Assembly (NCBI GenBank): GCA_951406725.2
Contig: OX597817.1
Location: 44,082,001-44,146,000, forward strand
DNA from: Octopus vulgaris
Taxonomy: Eukaryota
DNA: 64,000 bases
Direction: 5' to 3'
Part shown: in pieces, positions 54,947 to 64,000 of the stretch
Layout: each line of letters opens with the position of its first letter
How positions within the stretch are numbered: position 1 is the stretch's first letter
Made by a program: the position numbers and the translations under genes
Notes under the pieces: generated by a model
Told to the model about the DNA's origin: nothing
Database searches by the model: none
The model's input: only the letters and a program-made list of their open reading frames with translations

Positions 54947-57215
54947 TACATGTAAAATATTGACTTAATCTGGTTTAAAGTTGGGATTAAATATGTGATA
55001 AACATAAAGTACCATCGTAATTTCGGGAAAATATTGTACACTATCAGGAGTTGTTAATCCTTTTAGATGTAACATGGAAATTTCCTCAAAGCTCACCGTT
55101 ACCATCTTTAGAGCATAGTTTTAAATGACTGAAAAAGGTGGGATGATCACGTTTGGAACACATTCGATCATAATTTTCACTGATCAAGGTTGATCTGAAG
55201 CAAAATAACAGTTTGAACATCCTTCATTTTCACAGGAGAAAGAAGGATGATTATAGTGACGATGGCGACTACGATGGGATAATGTTGACAATGAAAGCAA
55301 TGTATACGACAATGAAACTAAGGATAGTAATGAGGATCATTATGGGGATAGAGGCAGTAAATGATAATGTTCTTAAGTGTGGAATCACCAATATAGGTGT
55401 GCACTATACACACTATAATTCTTTCTAAACTGGAGAATAAACATATTTATATGACAGGCTCTTTTCTAATCAAAAATACCTCAAATGTTTCAAACTTGTC
55501 CTCCATCCCCGATCCCGTCATTGTATCATTTTATTTCCACCTTTTAAAGATGAGATTCTTTTATCTAAATTAAATCATCCGAGCTATTTTCTTTCTACAT
55601 CATCTGCTAAAATAACAACTGACAATTTGTGGGATGATTGCAACGATATTTCAGTAAAATGTATTTAAGTGGTAATCCTGACGTCTATCTTTTCCTTTTC
55701 TTCATCTACATGCTTCTCTTCCGTTTTTCTCTTTCTCAGTCGTACTCTTTCACTTTTTTTCTTCTTTCTTCGAGAAACAACGATGTGGCAGAGGGGAAGA
55801 AAAACATCGAGAACATGGCTAATGCATTAGCATTGGAGAAAATATCTACAAACATTGGTTCTACATATTTTTGTAAATCGACTTGACAACAGGCGCAGGT
55901 AAAAAGCTTTGCTTCGCAACTGCCAATGGTTGGTTGGAGAGAAGAGAAATAAATGGAGAGAAAGAGGGAGAGAGAGGAGTAGAAAAATAGACAGAAAAAT
56001 ACAGTGATATTTAAAGAGCGGGGAAAATACAAAGAAAACGAAGCAAAAGAAAATTGATAAAAGGGGAAGGGAGAAAAAAAGAAAAACTACAGAAAAAAAA
56101 GAAGAAAAAAGAATGATAAAAATGAAAATCATAGCTGAGTCATCTTCACAAGGATGGATTATATTGAAAGGCAATATATTGCTTTATCGTGATAAAAGAG
56201 AGCAAAAGAAGCAAAATTGCGGCCATATTGCTTTACACGCTAGATATATGTAGATACGAAGCGAATCACAAATGCAGACCAATTTTTATATAAATATACT
56301 TTCATGTGGTATATTTTTGCTAGTGTACTTCATTATTTCAAACATAAATAATGTATTTATTTTAACATTGTAAAGATTTATTTATTTACAAAAATTGACA
56401 AATTGAAATACCACTCACTTAACATAGAAACAGACATAGAGCACGATTTCTTATAAACACCAAAATATTAACAAATAAGAAATAAGAAATATACATACTG
56501 AAGTATTATGTATGTACATATACATACACACCTAACACACGATAGAGTAGGCATACGTATGTGTGCACATGATCTATGCATGCGTTTGTCTGAGCGCAAG
56601 TTAATGTGTAGCCTCATCATTACGAGAATACAAATATCTATATTTTACAATTATTACATCCATCTTGTTAAAGAAATATCTTCTTTTGACAAACTTTGTT
56701 TTTAACACGCACGAGACAATTTCCACAATTCGTTACTATGACAATAGAAGCTTTAAATAGTAATTTTCAAATATTTTCTCTGTATTTCCAAAATATACTC
56801 ATTGTAAACTCAAGGAAATAAAATTGAGATAGATATGCATGTACTTATGTTTATGTATAGGCATATAATTTTATTCACAACATTATATATACATATTCAT
56901 ATATATGAACATGCACTTACAGACACACAAGTATATGTATATACTAATTATATACTATTTATTTATTTATTTATTTATTATTTCGTACTTAATTTAGTTC
57001 TAGGTAAATGCTTTATCGTATCTTTAATTTTTTTTACTATATGGTATCATTTAAGTATATCATTGTTGAATTACTACATTGTTGTTCTTCTCTAATATAT
57101 ATATATATATATATGTTTATGTGTGAGTGAAATTTATCAATAAATTAGATAGCAAAAACTTAGTTTAAATTATGTATCATGTGTTCAGGAAAAAGGTATA
57201 AATCACACACACACA

Positions 57216-57298
<83 letters not shown>

Positions 57299-57334
57299 AT
57301 ACAACATACACACACACTCACACACACACAAAAG

Positions 57335-57515
57335 GCAAAATATTTAGCGACATTTCTTCCGGCTTTAAGTTCTGAGCCCAAATTCTGCCGAGGCCGACAT
57401 TACTTTTCATCCTTTTGGTGGTCGATAAATTAAGTACCAATCAAGTACTGGGGTCAATATAATCAACTAGCCCCCTCCCCCAAATTTCAGGCCTTGTGCC
57501 TACAGTAGAAATAAT
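57335..57515 (+). mobile_element. SINE family A, 5'-truncated, type-2 tail
   Basis: TTCTGAGCCCAAATTCTGCCGAGG..AAGTACCA..CCCCCTCCCCCAAATTTCAGGCCTTGTGCC. Confidence 0.8.
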
Positions 57516-58674
57516 AATTAGCTATGTAGCTCATTGGTGAAGCAAGATTTTACTGAGCTTTTCGCGTTAACCATTTCAAAGTTCAATTGCTTTTACAGCT
57601 GGATGCACTGTCTTCCCTTGAAACCATCTCATAGAAACGAAACTCTAACTTCTGACATATTACATCGTTTATCAAACTGAGTTGAAGAGTGCAGCTTTGA
57701 AAGTGTCATCTTTTTAAGCAAATAAATCACAGATTAGTTGCGGTGAACCAGAAGTATCGAGAAACACGTTTGAAATGGTTACACTTATAATCTTTAAACT
57801 GTCAGATAGGAAGATACCACATTTATTCATATCAGGGTGATAATGGTGGAGATAAGGAAGATGATGTTGAGGCCAATACTTCAGATGAAAGATGATGAAA
57901 GTAATGCAAAGATGACAAAATTGATGATTTTGTCAACCATGAAAGCAATGATGAAGATGATGAAGATGATGATGATGATGATAATGAGGAAGTAAACGTA
58001 AGCAAAGAAAAAGAAGATGATAAAGACGAAGATAATAATTATGCTTATAATAAGGAATATTATAATGATGGGTTGACCGGTGCTTACGATCTAACCCTTC
58101 TCCCGCATTAGACAAACCTGAATGAGAACATGCACTCTCTCATTCGATCTGGTGTTATGCGATCGGTGAACCCTACTTCCCTAAATATGAGCTAAATAAG
58201 TGCTTCATTGATACGTTGATATTTATTAGTTGAGTCAGTGTCAAGGGTTACTGTTTTTCTTCTATTTGATAGCAGAATATTTCAATCAAAACCAGCGCTT
58301 TCTAGAATTGGCACTATAGCTATCACGTATTCAGATTATGTCATCCTCGTGTCCATAACTTCGCCATCATTTGTTAAGATAATAGTCATCACAAATTCAC
58401 ACAATCGCCATGACCTTTTCAAACTAAGACCATCACGTGTCCATACCAAAGTCATCATGAACTGACATCATAGTTATCATATAGCTACAACATAGCTATT
58501 ACAAGCACACATCGTAGTCGTTAAAGTTCACACCAGAATAATTAACAGTCTACGCCATAGTCATCCAAACTGGCACTATTGCCATCGCCATACTACAGCA
58601 CAGCAACATTTATTCTACGTTTTCTTCATTCATTCAGTTCAAGCTTCCGACTTCCTTTTTTCTTAAGCATTTTA

Positions 58675-58772
<98 letters not shown>

Positions 58773-58798
58773 TACATTACATAAATACATTACTGACA

Positions 58799-59118
58799 GA
58801 GGCGCAATGGCCCAGTGGTTAGGGCAGTGGACTCGCGGTCATAGGATCGCGGTTTCGATTCCCAGACCGGGCGTTGTGAGTGTTTATTGATCGAAAACAC
58901 CTTAAGTTCAATGAGGCTCCAGCAGGGTGTGGTGGGGAGCCCTGTTGGATATTTCCACCACAACTTTCTCTCACTCTTTCTTTTTGTTTCTGTTGTACCT
59001 GAATTCCAAAGGGCCAGCTTTGTTGCACTCTGTGTGACGCTGAATCTCCCCGAGAACTACGTTAAGGGTACACGTGTCTGTAGAGTGCTCAGCCATTTGC
59101 ACGTCAACTGGAACCCTC
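58799..59118 (+). mobile_element. SINE family C head and body with tail type Y
   Basis: 58799-58980 matches the 15084-15423 element; 58995-59118 matches the tail of 26905-27070. Confidence 0.82.
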
Positions 59119-59371
59119 ATCTTGAAGAGAAGATACGAAATTTTCTTCCCCCGAATGATTCATTATTAATAAATACTTTGAATTACTGTTTATACTAATA
59201 TGTGATATTTTAAACATTTATGTTCTAATAGATAAACTAACATGGTAGATCACTTAAACTTCTACTTGTATAATACTCTAAAGAAATGCTTATCACCATT
59301 TCAATAAACACAACCAAACTCTTCAAAACCTACACTAAAAATATTTCAGTGTAAACATTGTAGTATAGACC

Positions 59372-59436
<65 letters not shown>

Positions 59437-59438
<2 letters not shown>

Positions 59439-59562
59439 ACCACATGGTTCCGGGTATATTCCCACTACGTGGCACCTTGGGCAAGTGTCTTGTCCTATAG
59501 CTCCGGACCGACCAAAGCCTTGTGAGTGGATTTGGTAGATGGAAGCTGAAAGACGCCCGTCG

Positions 59563-59565
<3 letters not shown>
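59437..59565 (+). mobile_element. SINE family B 5' fragment within (TA)n
   Basis: CAACCACATGGTTCCGGG..CCTTGGGCAAGTG..GCCCGTCGTATATG. Confidence 0.82.
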
Positions 59566-59605
<40 letters not shown>

Positions 59606-59705
59606 TTGATCATATATATATATATATATCTGCCCCATTATTAGACTATTTTCGTTAGTTATTGCACGGTGATCGCTTACAAACTTTAAGCTTATAAAAT
59701 ATAAT

Positions 59706-59770
<65 letters not shown>

Positions 59771-59803
59771 ATTAGGGCTTAGTAAAATAAATTACTTTGC
59801 CAC

Positions 59804-59814
59804 CGCAGACACAC

Positions 59815-59867
<53 letters not shown>

Positions 59868-59950
59868 TACACACTCATTCTCTCTCATGGACTTTCGTAT
59901 TCAAGCCCGGTTATGTAGATATACATTCATGCATACAACAATCACTCCAC

Positions 59951-60013
<63 letters not shown>

Positions 60014-60147
60014 TTAGTGGAGTGATTGTTGTATGCATGAATGTATATCTACATAACCGGGCTTGAATACGAAAGTCCATGAGAGAGAATGAGTGTGTAT
60101 GTGTGTGTATGTATATGTGAGTGTGTATGTGCGTGTGTGTGTCTGCG
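59804..60147. repeat. 344-bp fold-back palindrome centred on (TA)n
   Basis: About 59860-59952 is the exact reverse complement of about 60015-60107; the centre is self-complementary (TA)n; outer (CA)/(TG) arms end in CGCAGAC / GTCTGCG. Confidence 0.93.
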
Positions 60148-60504
60148 CAGTTTTATGAAAGAAGATTGCCTAGGCATCTAAACGTACACCTCTCTCCATA
60201 AAATTTTCATTTAAATCTCATTTCAAATTTAGTTTTATTATTCAACCCGTATCAAAACCCAAATATTTAAAAATTCTACCTTATATTTACACGTATATTT
60301 CAATATCAATTTAAGGTTTGCTTGAAGTATCATACTCTAAACGGCTACTTCTTAGAAAAGTTTACCCAAATTCTTATTTTCAATGGCTAAAGAAAACCTC
60401 TTGCCATCTAAAGGATCGAATTTATAGTTTATTATCAATAAAACTAAATACATAAAACACTTCTGATGTTTAATCTTTAAAGATGCGTCTAATTATATCT
60501 GCTT

Positions 60505-61160
<656 letters not shown>

Positions 61161-62405
61161 AAGTTATATAATAAGTCGTTTCTCCTATATTTATAGTATT
61201 GTGCTTTCGTTGCTCTTCTTTTCTTCCTTCGTAGTTAATCTTATATTCATCTCTATGGATATATATCCATATATGTCTGCATGTATGTAGAGATATAAGT
61301 GTATGAAAAGAGAAGGCAGAAAACCAGTTAGCTAGAAGGATAAAGAGAGAAGAAGGGCAGAAAGAAAGGTAGTATGTGTGAGAAGATGAACACTAAGCTT
61401 TTGAGAGTCACATGTAAAGAAATAGAGAATACGAGGGATGATGCCTTTTTAAACATTCAATATATTCTATCAGAAAAGAATAGAGGATTCCATTAACTCT
61501 TAAGTCATCAACGTACATATAAATGCATGTTAAATTTACTGTTTTCGTATGATTCCTATATTATATCGATAGAATAATATAAAGTAAAGCAGCAATGAGA
61601 ACAAGAAGGCAAGTAGACATAATCATTGTAAGAAAGAAAGAAAATGCGATAAAAAGTGATTTAGAAAAAAATAGTTATAAATATGACTATAAAAATATCT
61701 AAAATGCAGGAAGAAAAAAAAGCTTGTAAAAATGCAAACAGACTATAGAATACCATTAAGAAAAAAAAACTATGGATGATAAAAAGGAGTATAAAAGTTT
61801 TATTTATTTTTATTACTATGTTGGCATCAGTTTTGAATGCCATACTTTCTTACATTAAATACTAAACAATGTGGGTACCTGTGTATTTTTGCAAGTATGT
61901 ATATGCTTGTGTGTGTTTGTGTGTGTGCTTGTGTGTTTGTGTGTATTCATGTATGCGTGTGTATGTATGTGTGTGTGTATGTGTATTCTCATAAATGCTT
62001 AACAATGTGGCGTATACATATCTAACAAGTAATAAAATCTATGAGTATATTCAATATCGTAATATGCATGTATGAACATGTACATTTATATATTATGCTG
62101 CAAAGTCAATGGTGTTATTTACGACGACTTCAAGTTATTATTACATTGAAATTCACGTAAATATATACATACATGCATATATGCGAATGTGTGTGTGCGT
62201 GTATACACACGTTTGATATATTTGGTAACGTACACAAAAAAAAAAGAGCAACCCTCAATAGGTTTCCGTTGAATCAGCTGTTCTTTTACCCCATATATAT
62301 GTAAGCTTTCGACACACACACATGCGCCCCTTACACATACCTGCATGCTGATGTGTGTGAATTTATTCAAACTTTCACAGATTTTGTATTATTTTTCTTC
62401 ATGTA

Positions 62406-62629
62406 CAATAATCCCTCGACTATCGCGGGTGTTACGTTCTACAGCTCTCCGCGTTAGGTGAAACTCCGAGAAGTAGAAACAGTATATTTAAAAAAAATTT
62501 TTCTATATTTTGTATATATTTATTTTGCTATAAATGCAAAATAACACCACGGAATCGACGCAAGCTTAAATAATAAACCGCGATATGTGAACCGCGATAG
62601 GTGCACCGCGATATAGCGAGGGATTACTG
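62406..62629. mobile_element. Tc1/mariner-pogo MITE
   Basis: TA|CAATAATCCCTCG and CGAGGGATTACTG|TA terminal inverted repeats with TA TSD; three subterminal ACCGCGATA repeats. Confidence 0.88.
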
Positions 62630-63032
62630 TATACCTTTTATACTATATATTTCCTAATTTTATACTATATATTTCATAATTCTATATATTTCTATATATA
62701 TTCTATATAATACTATATATTTCATAATTCAAAGGTATGCTGTATACCTTCTATACTATATATTTCATAATTTATATATATTTATCTTAAAAGTACCCTG
62801 TCTCATATATCATGAAACAAATACTTCAACTGCAATATACGCGAAACTCAGAGTAAAAGCAGACCATAAATACAAGTCTTTAATAAATATTCACTGGCTA
62901 CTTCTATGTTATAGCTTTTCGCCGTTTTTGCAAATTGAAATATGCATGTGTTCATGATTGCGTGTGTGTGCATGCCTCTCTCTCTCTCTCTATACATACA
63001 TACATACATACATACATACATACATACATACA

Positions 63033-63097
<65 letters not shown>

Positions 63098-63116
63098 ACA
63101 CATCTCACTCTCTCTT

Positions 63117-63161
<45 letters not shown>

Positions 63162-63349
63162 CATGTATATAACTACAGGTTAGAATATTATGGAAGCAAG
63201 AGTTATATCAATAGTTATCCGCATAGTATTGTTAGCTTCTCTGTATATCAATTACTTTAACATGAACCTATTGTTTAACCTAAATAGGAAATTTGGAAAT
63301 CTTAATATTTAATTTCAGTTCGTCTAATACCATATATGTATGTGTATAT

Positions 63350-63425
<76 letters not shown>

Positions 63426-64000
63426 CCAGTTAATATATCATTACACCAAAAATAAAAAAGACAAAAAAAAAAAACAAAGAAACAACAATTAACAAAGATG
63501 AAATAAACATACATTGAAAAAAATATATATAATAGCATATAATAGCCGATACCCTTTCTTGCAATATGTGGTATAACACAGGTGAGACAGCGCTATGGCG
63601 AGTCAGCTGACACAGCTTCTAATGTCCACCAGTGTTCATTTAGCAATCTGACATCATACAGATTCAGCCACAACTAGAAGTAACTAAGCGAGTATATAGA
63701 CAGAGTATATAATTCTTTAGTGATGATCGCGCTTACTTGATGATGTGTAATATAATGATGCTTGATTATAAATGGTAAGCAAATTCATACAACAAATGTA
63801 TGGAAAAATGAAGTATTAGATATGGAAGGAAAGTAGGGAGATGTAGAGAATATAACTATAAAAACTAGAAAATACAAGTGTATAATAAATAGCAAATGTC
63901 ATAAGCAGGTATATCATATGCAGGCACATATGTATGTATATATGTACGTACATTTACATACACACTCATATACTTAATATATCCATATACATACTTAAAT

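Noticed and set aside
58799-58875. tRNA gene (likewise the heads at about 15350-15420 and 27264-27335)
   Set aside because: A and B boxes are present, but the acceptor stem is not intact, there is no terminator, and the sequence continues into SINE bodies.

Overview
AT-rich, microsatellite-dense metazoan DNA, probably octopod cephalopod (inferred from the 5S sequence, the SINE families and the repeat landscape). The only credible host coding sequence is the first coding exon of an alpha-neurexin (Nrx-1/NRXN-like: signal peptide, LNS1, EGF1) on the minus strand at 1179-1899. The ~62 kb upstream of it is non-coding (a large 5' intron or regulatory region). It holds at least four tRNA-derived SINE families, decayed DNA transposons (maT DD37D, hAT, pogo), MITEs, Penelope-like remnants with minimal hammerhead-like motifs, and fold-back palindromes. 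The most notable observations are three. (i) A full-length 5S rRNA copy is fused to a tRNA-SINE and both are enclosed by one 15-bp target-site duplication. (ii) One SINE family inserts as a head plus tandem ~184-bp units whose junction falls exactly at the loop of its extended anticodon hairpin. (iii) 3' and central modules are swapped between SINE families. Almost all other ORFs in the track are microsatellite or SINE artefacts. SINE family labels A-D and tail labels are my own; no database search was possible.
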